From a plasmid: DNA of 64,000 bases. The stretch is taken from sequence record NZ_CP137560.1. One strand, 5' to 3'. Below the pieces are notes generated by a model. That model was not told where the DNA came from. It saw nothing but the letters and a program-made list of their open reading frames with translations, and searched no databases. Within the stretch, counting starts at the first letter, position 1. The number at the start of each line of letters is the position of its first letter. Below are positions 38,579 to 50,035 of this stretch, in pieces. A program made the position numbers and the translations under genes.

Positions 38579-39200
38579 CCGAGAAAAGTGATATTTATGA
38601 GCGGACAGGGCATCCTTGCAGACTGGTTTTTGAAAGGTTTGGTCAGTTGATAGGTTTGAGGAACAAACGTATCTCTGCAGTATTGGATATACATAAGAAA
38701 TTACCAGAAGAAGCGGAGCTGCTCATTAGTCATTCTTTCCTCAATGACAAGATGAAAAGAAACTACATACGAATCGTCAAGGGAAGAATCGATAGGTTCA
38801 ATAGGCAGTCAGAATGGCTTCCTATAATTCCAAGTCGAGCCAATCATCAAACTCAACATTCTGGAATGTATGAATGCCGAGGTTTTCCGCAGCGACACAA
38901 TTCTCCTGAAGGTCGTCAATAAACAACGATTCTTCAGGAACTATCGCTGCTTGTCTGATGACTTCCTCGTAGATTCTTGCATCCGGCTTGGAGAGATGGA
39001 GCCGCTGTGAGAGGAAGACTTTTTCAAAATAGTCTTCCACATTATGCCCCTGATAGGGGAATAACTTCTCCACACAATAATCCCAGTGAATGTCTATGGT
39101 GTTGCTCAATAGAAAGAGACGATAGCCCTTAGCCTTGAGCTTTAAAAGCCTGCGTTTCTTCTCATCGGGGATAACAACCAACATTCGATTGGCCGCTTCA
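38579..39200. repeat. Repeat B copy 2 (intact parent of pseudogene fragment 32497-33122)
   Basis: Aligned by eye. Confidence 0.85.
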
Positions 39201-39433
39201 ATAATTTGGTGATTAGAAACTGTTGTCAGGGTCAAGTTCCTTGCCGCATCGCAAAACTGTTCCGTAGAGATCAGTCCTTCACCTAACTCACCCATGAGTC
39301 TCTTTGCCTCTGGGTTAGAGTCTATCAGTTTCTCCATTCCAAGTACCTTGAAAGCATTCATACATCCTAGAGAATTCAACTTCACAAGTACGTTCCCCAA
39401 ATCGAAAATGATATTTTTGTATTGCATCTTCAT
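38822..39433 (-). CDS. HAD-family hydrolase (intact paralog)
   Basis: Motif I IIFDLGNVLV, LLSNT, FIDD; 203 aa. Confidence 0.8.
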   Translation of the reverse strand: MKMQYKNIIFDLGNVLVKLNSLGCMNAFKVLGMEKLIDSNPEAKRLMGELGEGLISTEQFCDAARNLTLTTVSNHQIIEAANRMLVVIPDEKKRRLLKLKAKGYRLFLLSNTIDIHWDYCVEKLFPYQGHNVEDYFEKVFLSQRLHLSKPDARIYEEVIRQAAIVPEESLFIDDLQENCVAAENLGIHTFQNVEFDDWLDLEL

Positions 39434-39566
39434 TGTTGTTTAATAGAGAGGTTGAGCACTCTTCTGTTAAGTCAACTCCAATCACCTTCTCGTGGGCAAA
39501 GATGATTCAGAGAACTGCTTGTAGCTGAAGCTGGCTCATGTCGCATATCGTCTTTAAGGAAACCTG

Positions 39567-39857
39567 TTATTTCTCAAACTGAAATTGTTCCAGTTTCAAT
39601 CCATGCTTCGTCAAAGCCTCTATTTGAGGAACCAACGTGGTAAAGTGAGCAGACTCCATGTGAGTTTTCAGCACCTTAGCGTTCTGCCAAGTCTCACATA
39701 TCATCATCACGCCATCACGAGTACCACTAACGAAATAGTCATAGGCAATGTTGCCTTCGTCAGCCAATGACTTTTCCACTAACTCCTGACACAGGGCATT
39801 AAGTTGCTCCATATCCACTCCTTCTTTCACTTCAAAAAATACATTCAGTCTTATCAT
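39567..39857 (-). CDS. ABM (antibiotic-biosynthesis-monooxygenase-like) domain protein
   Basis: 96 aa, ferredoxin-like ABM pattern (FFEVKEG…ETWQNAKVLKTHMESAHF). Confidence 0.6.
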   Translation of the reverse strand: MIRLNVFFEVKEGVDMEQLNALCQELVEKSLADEGNIAYDYFVSGTRDGVMMICETWQNAKVLKTHMESAHFTTLVPQIEALTKHGLKLEQFQFEK

Positions 39858-40576
39858 GTCTGTAATATTTAAATTTTTACTATCAAAAACTTTCGGTGCA
39901 AAAGTACTGAATAATACTGAAAATCATCTATTTTTAAATGATTTTTTAATATCTTTTGCTCCATATAAGCAAAATGCCTAGCGAAAGAGCAACACTATAA
40001 TAAAGGCAATGATATAGCTGTTGGCATAGAAACAATATTTTATTTGTATAATGGAAAATCGCAAATGCTTTACTTTTCGTAAATTTGCTATATAATTTAG
40101 AAAAAAGTTCAGCATTATGCTTAATTTCAAGAAATTCAACAGCGTATGTCAGATACAGCATATACAACATCAACGTCACCACATAGTCGTGCATCCCTGC
40201 CATCTTTTCCTGCAACGACTCGGCTGCGTTCTTAGGCTTCTTTTTCTTGAAATCTTACTGATTGCTTATAAGATGCTGATATTCAATATATATTGTGTAG
40301 ACAGAATGGCGTAAGAAACAAATTAGGAACAATAAAAGCAAGAAACCATAAATTGAAAGCATGAGAATACAAAAATTAACACGGAAAACAATGGCAATTT
40401 TCCTATTTTGACATTTTACAAGTGTAGTCTATAAGGAAAAAATGGATCGCTCTTATTTTTTGTACTTCATAAAAGTGGGTATAACACAAAATATAATCTC
40501 ATAGGAAGTTAAATTAAATAAAGAATTTATGTTTTCTCGTTATATTTCTATATCTTTGCACCAATATATATATGAA

Positions 40577-40771
40577 TATATGGCTAATTTGAATAGGCTA
40601 AAAGCTGTGCTTGCGGAGCAAGATAAAACAGGAAAATGGCTTGCAGAACACAATCTTCAATGTGAGGTATATCCTGCTGAATGGAACAAGTATGAACGAG
40701 TAGCTGGACCTATCCGTAACAATCAAATGACAGAAGCTGCTGATGCTTTGATAGCATTTTGGGGACGGTAA
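40577..40771 (+). CDS. Possible small XRE-type HTH protein
   Basis: MANLNRLKAVLAEQDKTGKWLAE resembles an HTH_XRE helix-2/helix-3; short and isolated in a decayed region. Confidence 0.3.
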   Translation, partial: YMANLNRLKAVLAEQDKTGKWLAEHNLQCEVYPAEWNKYERVAGPIRNNQMTEAADALIAFWGR

Positions 40772-42129
40772 GAGTTTTGGCACAAAATCAATGATAAATA
40801 TTGCAAAATCAAAAAGATTGAGGGTTGCAGTAGTTAGAATTTATAAATCAGAATAATATGAAGACATTTCTTGATATAATGAAAATTCTTTTAACCAAAG
40901 ATGAGAATAGATTGATATTTGCTATATTATGTGCAGATGTAGTTGTTTTATTTTTTATCCGCTGTATCTTTGTATGGATAGTTCTTGTCTTTTGTTGTGC
41001 CTACCTTATTTGGGCTCTAATTATTTTTTGTTTCAACGATATAGAAGTTATAGTGAAAAAAAATATATAAGCGACAAAATACAAAGAAAGAAGCTGATGA
41101 TCGTGTCATGCGAAAAAAATTAGCTAAGGACTTATTTCATACGTTGGAGTACTTACCAAAACAATTACTGTGTTATGCAATATTAAAAGGGAAAAAAAGT
41201 TCTACATTTCAAAATGTTTGGATGTTTAATGATTTTAATGAACTCTATCCTATAGAGATAAATAAAATTGATTCCCTGAGAGTTCCGCATTATCCTCAAA
41301 TTGAATTTACTAAAATACAAACTAACTATAGACAAACATCTATAATGATTTTGCCAGAGTTAGTTGAACTTATTATGAATGAGATTACTAATAATCGGTA
41401 CACACTACAAAATGTGGTGAAAAACATTAATAAGTATTATGACATGATTAATGAATAAGTACTAAAATTGAGTTGCCAAAAATGGTTGTGTAAAAAGAAC
41501 AGTCACTGTACTGCTTACACAACCATTTTTTTATTAACCATAGTACCGTGGTGTTATCGCAATACTTATAATCCCAACAAACACACTAAATCCCAATATG
41601 AAGAAGAACCAAAAGAACCACTGTACATAGTACCCAAGGTAACAGCTGTCATATTCCTCACATTGTCGCCTCGCTTTTCCAAAGTCTTATACGATAGAAA
41701 GTCCATAAACCCCTCGAAGATGCAGCATCTGTCCTGCCCTCCAACTTGCTGTGAATGTATCAAGGACATGTCTTTCTCACCCAAACAACCTTTATAATAT
41801 GGGTTACGCAGTTCATAACCATTGGTTTCGGCTGAAGTTCACCTTGAACGATGGCTTTGTCTCCGCATGCAATGGCGACAGATAATAAGAGGTGGACTTG
41901 CTGCATCGTTTGGGCTGATGTCCAAATACGCTCAGATAGTCCGTGAGTTTGATTTCCTTTGCTTGTTGTATGTTCATCTTTCATTCATTTTTTGTTCATT
42001 CGTGCGCTTATTACATATACACCAGAGTGAATGAACGGTTTTGTGAAGTCATTTTCTCGTATATAGCAGATATTAAAAACAAGAATAGACTTAAGAGCCC
42101 CCTCGACAGAAAGAGCCTGCCGAGGGAAA

Positions 42130-42240
42130 GCGTTGGTGAAAATATCGTGGTTTGAACTGGAGCGTAGTGACCAACGATATGGGAAACTGCACTATGATGG
42201 CAGGAAATCCTGCCAAAATCATTAAAAGGCTATGCCGATA
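42130..42240 (+). pseudogene. 3' fragment of a hexapeptide-repeat acetyltransferase gene
   Basis: Translation …VTNDMGNCTMMAGNPAKIIKRL* matches the C-terminus of xenobiotic/maltose acetyltransferases; no upstream body. Confidence 0.35.
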
Positions 42241-42268
42241 ACGAGTTCTCTACCCAACGCTGTGTTCA

Positions 42269-42904
42269 TCAATCCTTCTCCATAACAACAAGTTCTCTGG
42301 GGAGGTTGATAATTTTCAACCTCTCAAACCAAAGCTTGGTTGAAGTGCTTTGATGACGCTTGATGTGACTATTGATAATGTAATAGTCTGCTTGATATTC
42401 ATCCATCAAGTCAGAGAATGCTGCTTTGATTCGAGAGCACTTCTCATTGATAGCATTGTCCAGGGGATTGGTCAGACGATTCACGGTCTCCACCATTTTG
42501 TCAGGGCCTACCCTATTTCCCACCTCATTATATATTGCGAGCAATTCCTCACGGTAATCTATCAAGTTCTTAAACTCGATACCTTCTGGATGATTCAAAA
42601 AAAGCATATATAGAGACTTGTGAATAGGGCTAAGCATCACTTCCTTGTTTCCATAGTTAGGTAAAATGAAACGAAAGTCCTTGGTAATGACCAAGGGACT
42701 GAGCGTTGCCCTTGCCGCCTCGATGCGAAGTTGCTCAAGAACAGGCACACTGATAGCCTTAAGCAAAAGGTCTGTCCTGCCCTCTGCCAAAAGATCGGTG
42801 GAAAGCAACTTCACTTGTGTTGCTTTCTCCTCTGCGGTCATATTTCTTGCCTCTTCTTGCTTCATGGTGCAAAAATACAAAAAGAATGGGAAAAATAATT
42901 TCAC
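42269..42904 (-). CDS. Hypothetical protein (probable start at MKQEEARNMT, 42862)
   Basis: 211-aa ORF. Confidence 0.5.
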   Translation of the reverse strand: MKLFFPFFLYFCTMKQEEARNMTAEEKATQVKLLSTDLLAEGRTDLLLKAISVPVLEQLRIEAARATLSPLVITKDFRFILPNYGNKEVMLSPIHKSLYMLFLNHPEGIEFKNLIDYREELLAIYNEVGNRVGPDKMVETVNRLTNPLDNAINEKCSRIKAAFSDLMDEYQADYYIINSHIKRHQSTSTKLWFERLKIINLPRELVVMEKD

Positions 42905-43005
42905 TCATTCCAAAAAATATCTTTTGCAAGGCTTGCGGACAAGAAAAACTTGCAATATTAATTTCTTTTATATATCTTTGCCCAAAAATTAAAAAATGAT
43001 ATGCA

Positions 43006-44373
43006 ATGAAAGAAGAATGGACTCCCATAGATTTCGGACAGACTGAGGATACCACCAAGAACATCATCAAGGTCATTGGTGTTGGCGGTGGTGGCTGCAA
43101 TGCTGTCAAGAACATGTACGCTGAGGGTATTGTCAATGTGAGCTTTGCCGTCTGCAACACGGATAGCCAGTCGCTGTCCAAGTCGCCTGTGCCAGTAAAG
43201 ATTATGCTGGGCAAGAGTGGCTTGGGAGCTGGTGCCAATCCAGAGGTGGGTAGAAGCGAGGCACAGAATACTCAGGAAGACATCAAACGGCTCTTGAATG
43301 ACGGCACCAAGATGGTTTTCGTCACGGCGGGTATGGGTGGTGGCACTGGAACTGGTGCTGCACCAGTTATCGCGGGTATAGCCAAGGGGATGGGCATTCT
43401 AACGGTAGGCATCATCACCATTCCTTTCTACTTTGAAAAAAGGAAAAAAATCGTAAAGGCTCTTCAAGGTGTGGAAGAGATGCGCAAGAACGTGGATGCT
43501 TTACTCATCGTCAACAACGAACGTCTTTGTGATGTATATGCAGACTCAGAAATTACCGTAAAGGATGCTTTCAAACTGGCAGACAAGGTATTGAGTGATG
43601 CCACTAAAAGTATATCGGAGCTAATTACTGTAGAGGGAACCATCAATCTTGACTTCCGTGACATCGAGACTACCATCAAAAGCGGTGGTGGAGCTATCAT
43701 GGCCATGGGCAGAGCCAGTGGTGAAAGCAGAGTTCAGAATGCCATCAAGAATGCCTTGGATTCTCCCCTACTCTATGGCAGCGACATCGGCAATGCCCAG
43801 CGCATCCTCTTCAATATTTACACTTCCAGCAAGCACCCTATCTTTGTTAGAGAAATGCGAGAGATTGATGCTTTCTTTGATGAACTCAACCCGGATATTA
43901 AGGTAATTTGGGGCCTTTCTGACGACGATAGTCTGGATGAAGATGCCAAAGTTACCATCCTGGCAACCGGTCTGAACAATGAGATAGCGGAAGAAGTACC
44001 GGAAAACTCCACTATATCCAAGGATGAGGAAGATTACCAAAGAATCATAGACAAACTCTATCATCCAATAAGAGACAGTTTCAAAGCACGAAAAGATAAA
44101 ACTATTCAGAAAGAAAATATAGATAACAATCATTTGGACAATACTAAGAAAGAGTCTAAAGATGAAGATTTTAAGGCTGAAGCTGTTGAAGAAATGACTA
44201 AGGTTTCAATAAAAGACAATTCACACCCAACAAATGTCTCTGAAGAAACTTCTGAAAAACCATCAGAAACAAAGCCAAAACCATTAACTATGAAAGGGAG
44301 AATCAAAAATGGTCTTATAAAAATAGCAAAAGACTTGGAAATCATCACATATGATGAAGAAAACTACAAATAG
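43006..44373 (+). CDS. FtsZ-like tubulin-family GTPase with a K/E/D-rich C-terminal tail
   Basis: [34 protein letters not shown] (tubulin signature); located in a plasmid-like replication/partition context, not a dcw cluster. Confidence 0.85.
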   Translation: MKEEWTPIDFGQTEDTTKNIIKVIGVGGGGCNAVKNMYAEGIVNVSFAVCNTDSQSLSKSPVPVKIMLGKSGLGAGANPEVGRSEAQNTQEDIKRLLNDGTKMVFVTAGMGGGTGTGAAPVIAGIAKGMGILTVGIITIPFYFEKRKKIVKALQGVEEMRKNVDALLIVNNERLCDVYADSEITVKDAFKLADKVLSDATKSISELITVEGTINLDFRDIETTIKSGGGAIMAMGRASGESRVQNAIKNALDSPLLYGSDIGNAQRILFNIYTSSKHPIFVREMREIDAFFDELNPDIKVIWGLSDDDSLDEDAKVTILATGLNNEIAEEVPENSTISKDEEDYQRIIDKLYHPIRDSFKARKDKTIQKENIDNNHLDNTKKESKDEDFKAEAVEEMTKVSIKDNSHPTNVSEETSEKPSETKPKPLTMKGRIKNGLIKIAKDLEIITYDEENYK

Positions 44374-44456
44374 CTTCCCCCCTTCTTAAATGATATATCT
44401 GCAGTTATCTCTCTACCTTTAAGGTGTGAGTTAACTGCAGAATCAAAAACATTCCA

Positions 44457-44795
44457 TCAGTCAATGGCTATGCCAATCGTTAAGAAAGAAATATCAGAAA
44501 TTGCTTCCAAATGATGTTTACTTCCTGCTTTAACCAAGACATACGTATCCTTAGTAAATGGTATTTCCGAACCATCTACCCACAAAGTACCCTCACCAGA
44601 AAAACAAAGATAGTGTTCGTCCATTGTAAGATGTACATGATCCTCAACCACCTCCCCAGATAGAAGCTGCGTTTTAGCTATCTGAGTGACTGCTGAAGCG
44701 GTTTCATCATTGGCAAGTAATACTTGCTTCAGGCCTATTTGATGAGTCGTGGGAACAGGTACAATTTTCTGTAAATCTTTAATTACATATGCCAT
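44457..44795 (-). CDS. Cupin-domain protein
   Basis: 112 aa; beta-barrel cupin-like His pattern (HVHLTMDEHYLCFSGEGTLWVDG…KHH). Confidence 0.55.
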   Translation of the reverse strand: MAYVIKDLQKIVPVPTTHQIGLKQVLLANDETASAVTQIAKTQLLSGEVVEDHVHLTMDEHYLCFSGEGTLWVDGSEIPFTKDTYVLVKAGSKHHLEAISDISFLTIGIAID

Positions 44796-44962
44796 TTTTT
44801 TTATTCTAAATCAAAGATATTTATAATCAACTGATAATCAGTTAGTTAAAAGTTACATAGACATATATACATATAAACTCATTAATACGTTTACACTATT
44901 ACACGTTTACGCATTTATTCAAAATCAAAATAAAAGGAGAGTATTAAATACCCTCCCTATTT

Positions 44963-45481
44963 TTAGAATAATCCTTTTTTCTGTATTGCATTTTTTATCT
45001 CAGCCAATTCACTGGCATTTTTCTCAATAAAAGTTCTAAGAGCTGCACACAGAACCGTACGGATAGAAAATCTTGGGTCATAATCCTTCAGGATGGAAAA
45101 TGAATCTACTAATTCATCATTAAGCCATACAGCTCTTCCTCGCCCCGGTTGACCTGCATAATAATCAACATACTTATTGAAAATGTCCATTTCTGAATCT
45201 TTTTCACCTATTTCAATGGATCTTTCAGATAACTTTGTGGACTTCCTATATTTACCATATTGGGACTCCCCTACTTCCACGTCTGGTTGTTTTTTAACAG
45301 AAGAAGCAGCAACATGCGCAGAGACAGGCTCTTCTTTAGCAACCTCAGGGGTTTGTACTTGTTGGTCATTCTTATTTTCCTTACCTACGGTCTTTTGACC
45401 ATGCATATTCTGAACCATGCCCTCCAAATCAGGAGAAAGACCAATCAACTGATCAGCAGGAATCTGTTTATTACGAATCAT
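44963..45481 (-). CDS. DUF3408-like protein (TraB-like partner of the upstream ParA-family ATPase)
   Basis: 172 aa, immediately downstream (6 bp) of the ParA gene; C-terminal …AVWLNDELVDSFSILKDY…RTVLCAALRTFIEKN… resembles DUF3408; judged by eye. Confidence 0.45.
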   Translation of the reverse strand: MIRNKQIPADQLIGLSPDLEGMVQNMHGQKTVGKENKNDQQVQTPEVAKEEPVSAHVAASSVKKQPDVEVGESQYGKYRKSTKLSERSIEIGEKDSEMDIFNKYVDYYAGQPGRGRAVWLNDELVDSFSILKDYDPRFSIRTVLCAALRTFIEKNASELAEIKNAIQKKGLF

Positions 45482-45486
45482 AAGCT

Positions 45487-46173
45487 TTACTTGGATTTAG
45501 GATAGATAATTTTATTAATTGCTTTAAAAGTTGGCTCAACTGCCTTTTTCTGAGAAGGCAGCAATTGAAGTGTATTGTAACGTTGAATATCTGCCAAGGC
45601 ACGAATACTCTTAACTATCTTACCAAAACCGGCCAAGAGAGAATCTGTAGCCGACCAGGTAGAAAGTTCAGCCTTAGTTCCAATTCTGGTATCAATTCTG
45701 TTTGGAACAAGAATAATCTCTGGATTCATATCCTCATATGTGGCTTGAAGCATATTGATTACCTTCAAAAAAGTGGAAGTAGAACCAATACATCCCTTTT
45801 CATATTGATAAGGGGTTACAATGACATCGGCACCAACAAAAATTGGAACCAAACCCTCTTGGGCAATATTACCAGGAGCATCAATCAATACGGTACCAGG
45901 AATTTCTTTAGCCTTTTGAATCATTTTAGCCACATCCTTTGGATCCTTAATACTAAATGCCTGAACAGAGTAAGGTATTACATCATCCTCCTCCATCAGA
46001 TTATTCTCATCAAACTGACGAGTTTGAAAGATGGTCTGCTGCATATCACAATCTATAACACAAAGAGGATAACCCTGCTCATGTAAATAGTTTGCATATA
46101 AAATACAAAGAGTAGTTTTACCCACACCACCCTTTTGGTTTGCGAATACTATTATTTTATTTTGATTCTTCAT
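45487..46173 (-). CDS. ParA-family ATPase (conjugative-element TraA-like / plasmid partition type)
   Basis: Walker A QKGGVGKTT; 228 aa. Confidence 0.85.
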   Translation of the reverse strand: MKNQNKIIVFANQKGGVGKTTLCILYANYLHEQGYPLCVIDCDMQQTIFQTRQFDENNLMEEDDVIPYSVQAFSIKDPKDVAKMIQKAKEIPGTVLIDAPGNIAQEGLVPIFVGADVIVTPYQYEKGCIGSTSTFLKVINMLQATYEDMNPEIILVPNRIDTRIGTKAELSTWSATDSLLAGFGKIVKSIRALADIQRYNTLQLLPSQKKAVEPTFKAINKIIYPKSK

Positions 46174-46199
46174 ACTTGTATGACATTTTTAATATGGCA

Positions 46200-48680
46200 C
46201 AAAGATAAGCATAAAAATCTAAAGAACATCAAAGAAAGCTGAAAATAGATAGATTTTTATACTTATTTAATAAAAACATAGATATATAGACACATTTACA
46301 GCATTATATATCGATACATTTATGCGTTTACTTGTTTATACATTTATTTTTAAACGCCATTTTTTAAGCAAAATAGTGTTATTCATCTGTATTTCAACAC
46401 ATTTCACAATCAGAAGAAAACATTCAAATTACAAATATTACACGTTAACGTATTGACGTTTTTACATGTTTATCTAGAGAATTTATTTCAAAAAGCATTG
46501 ATTTTAAATAGAAATAATAGATACATTAACGTATTTATCCGTATATGTATTTATTTATAAATATATCTATCCGTAAATGTATTTACCCAGATCTTCACAG
46601 AACACTCCCCTACCCTAGAATTTAGGAACCACAGATTATACAGCAAAAAGTTATGCATTATCATCGACCACAAAAATAACGAGACCTTTATCCTTACCTG
46701 TAATTCGTGATACAGTATACAATAAGCACGTAGAATAGAAAAAACAACAGCTTACAACAACGGATAAAGTAGTTCTAAGAATATAAAGGTATACCATTAT
46801 CCTCTGGCGCTTATTAGCATACTTATAATTCGGAACTAATCAAAGAAAAAAAATCATTCCGGAAAAAACGACATAATTAAACACAAGACCAGAAGCACAA
46901 ATCAGGTTAACGCATATAGCTATATACATATTTACATGTTTACTTATCAACATTTTAAGCAATTTACTTCAAAAAAAAACAAATAGACAAAACGCTCAGA
47001 AAAAGAAATGATTCTCAAGACAATTTCAGAATTTATACAAAAGAAGATAAATAACACACGTTTACTTATTACTAAATTGACGGATATACATGTTTACACA
47101 TCCATAAGTTGATACGTATATTAATTAATATATTAACGCTTTGATGACATCGATACATAGACTCGTAAAAAAGTATAGACTTACAGATTAAGGCAGGTGA
47201 ATTGAGATTGAGATTGATCTACTATAAATTCAAGTTGCTGCAAGAAATCATATAAAAAAAGCACAAACGTATTTACACGTTGATTTATATATACATGGAC
47301 GTATTTATTTATTAATGTTATAACACGTATACATATTATCATATATACTTAACTAAAACCATTTTTATTGGTAAACTTATTAATGCCTAACATTCTCTTT
47401 GAGCGAATCAAAGCAAACTATGAAGCCAACAAAAAAAACGCAAATTTAAGATAAACCCAAAAGTTATATACCAGTTAAACAAAATCACCACAAAAGGTAG
47501 TGGGGGAGCATTTACTTATAAACACATTTACACATCTACATATAAATATCACATTAAAAGTAAAACATATATGGATTTATATATTGACGTGTAAATGTGT
47601 TAACAATTTAGAGATAAATTCCGATAAATCATTAAGAAACAGACATCTATAAGCAATAGACACATTTATGTATCAACGTGTAAATGTTTAAAAGCCAGAA
47701 AAAAGAGATAAAAACCAAGATAATGAGCAAATAAATGAAAAAAAATACAATTGACGTATTTACGTATAAACGTATAGATATATAAATCTATAAACAGATA
47801 ACTGTTACAGGTCATAGATGAATGACGAAAAAGCAAAAAGAAAGATCACCACTAATAAAAAAAGCAAAAATAACCATCTAAAAGACACAACACATAATTT
47901 TTTTGCCTTAAGGGAGACTTTGAAGAAGAATGGTACAAATCCACCTCAAAACAATAAAAAGAGCACAGAACGCAAATAAAAGCACAAGAACAGCATTTTT
48001 TTACGTTGATATTACAATTAGAGCAGTAATCTATTCTTTTTAAAAAGCATTTTTATTATCAAACCTAAATTCTAGAATCATTAAAAATAAAATTAAACTC
48101 TCAGAAGCTTCATAACAAAAAGCACAATAAAGCATTTATACGCTTACGTATTTACGCACATACGTGTTTACTTGTTTACCTGTTAACTTATTAACGTATA
48201 AATACATTAATAAAATAACTCATGAAAATAAACGAAGATTCAAGTAAGCAAAACCTAATACTATGAACAAAAAAGACGAAGTATCATGATAAAATAATGC
48301 AGAACATACTAAGTTTCATATGGAGTAGGAGGTAGATCGTCTCATAAAGCCAGATGATACAACCGTAATCAATAAACTTATAGACATATTAACGCGTTTA
48401 CTTGTTGATACATAAACTTATAAATCATCGGAAGAAAAAAAACAGAATTCAGGATTCCTCAGATCAAAGAACATACATAACAAACAGCAATGAACACATT
48501 TACACATTTACTTGTTGACGCTTTAACATATTAACGTATTAATTTAAAAAACATTTTTTCATAAGAAAATGAAATTTTAAGAGGAAAAATGAAAAAATCA
48601 AAATAAAAACATAAGTTTTTAATTGCACCTTTTGGATTTACAAAAAAAACATGTATCTTTGTAAGCGATTTAATTTTAAA
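46200..48680. repeat. 2.5-kb ORF-free AT-rich region with 35 or more dispersed copies of RYRTTTAC / GTAAAYRY and TTAACG/TTGACG motifs
   Basis: No ORF of 60 aa or longer on either strand across 2.5 kb; motif instances e.g. acgtttac, acatttac, gtatttac, gtgtttacttgtttacc, gtgtaaatgt. Confidence 0.6.
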
Positions 48681-48766
48681 CCTATCTAGCACACGATTCT
48701 GTTTGTATAATTGGTCTTAAATGGCTATATACCAGCCTATGAAGCATCTGGCAAGACAGAATCGTA

Positions 48767-50035
48767 TTGACTAGAGAACTTAACAAAAGGAGTAACAATA
48801 TGCCAGAAAATAAAAAAAATGAAATACAAAATTCAAGCGTGGGAGAGATTTGGATAAATACCCCATTCTCATTCACAAAAATAGACAAGCAATATACCCT
48901 TGCTCAACAACACGTTCTATTTTGCGTAAGTTCGCATTTACAGGAATACGTTACAAGATATTTCAATGAAAAGCGAGAAAAAGGAAATTTACGCTCAGAC
49001 TACATGTTTGAGGTGGACAAAGAACATGTGGCTATGAATGTGCCTAGGATAAGGATCAAATTAAGCGAATTAGGGATAGAATCAAGCCATTACAAAGATG
49101 CACGTAAAACATTGAAAGATCTATTGGACTTCAGTGTAAGAATAAAGATTGACGGAAAAGCAGTAATTCAGCACGTCTTTTCAAACATCACTGAGGACAT
49201 CGTAACCAATGGATACACAAAAGATGGCGTTTCCTATGACAGGTCTAAAGGTGAAGTAGAATTGAAGATTGACCCAGTTGTGGCAAAATACGCATTTGAC
49301 ATGAGCCAGGGTTTTATTCACCATATGGCCTTAATTGCTCGTTATGCTAGCAGACTGAACACGCCAAGAGTTTATCTCTTTCTTCTGCGGCAGATGGGAA
49401 TCAACAATAAAATGACGATAAAGATACCTTTCATGCAATTAAAGGAATATTTGGGAATGGCTAAAATTGCAGAAGACGGGACTGTAGAAGAAGAACAATA
49501 CCCAAAATTCTCTCAATTTAAGAAACAGGTACTTGACGCTGTTCAAAAAGATTTTGCAAAATTGAGCAAGGAAGACAAAATTGATATCATATTCACAGAT
49601 TGTACTCCAGTTTACAAAAGAGGAAAATCTCGGGGAAATCCAGAAGAACTGATATTCAAAATTAAGAGAACTGCACTGGGTAAAGCTCACATCAATGGAA
49701 AAACCATGGAAAAGAGGGACTCAACACCATCGAAGAAATCGAAGCAGCCTGAAATGGGTGACTTATTTGCCCATGTTGCTCAATCAGAAGATCAAAAAAT
49801 TAAAATAGAGCAGGGTGGGGAAGACAAATGGAAAGAATTCCTCTCGATGGTAATAGATCCTGCTCAACAAGCACTTTTAAAAAGAATAGAATTCCTGGGC
49901 ATGAAGAATCAGAGATTCTGTGTGAGAGCAACAGAGGAAGACTTTGATTTATTAAAGAAACTGGGAGTAGAAAAAGTAGCTCAGCAATATTTCAACTGTG
50001 TAGGTTCATACTCACCTACTTTTTATGCAGGTTAA
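48767..50035 (+). CDS. Putative replication initiator (Rep) protein
   Basis: 422-aa ORF directly upstream of an iteron-rich region; call is by context, protein family not verified. Confidence 0.55.
   Translation: MTRELNKRSNNMPENKKNEIQNSSVGEIWINTPFSFTKIDKQYTLAQQHVLFCVSSHLQEYVTRYFNEKREKGNLRSDYMFEVDKEHVAMNVPRIRIKLSELGIESSHYKDARKTLKDLLDFSVRIKIDGKAVIQHVFSNITEDIVTNGYTKDGVSYDRSKGEVELKIDPVVAKYAFDMSQGFIHHMALIARYASRLNTPRVYLFLLRQMGINNKMTIKIPFMQLKEYLGMAKIAEDGTVEEEQYPKFSQFKKQVLDAVQKDFAKLSKEDKIDIIFTDCTPVYKRGKSRGNPEELIFKIKRTALGKAHINGKTMEKRDSTPSKKSKQPEMGDLFAHVAQSEDQKIKIEQGGEDKWKEFLSMVIDPAQQALLKRIEFLGMKNQRFCVRATEEDFDLLKKLGVEKVAQQYFNCVGSYSPTFYAG

Noticed and set aside
38431-38922. 163-aa plus-strand ORF (and its copy 32568-32843) overlapping repeat B
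   Set aside because: It is antisense to the HAD gene's 3' end and downstream region. It is conserved between copies only because the DNA is duplicated, and has no motif.
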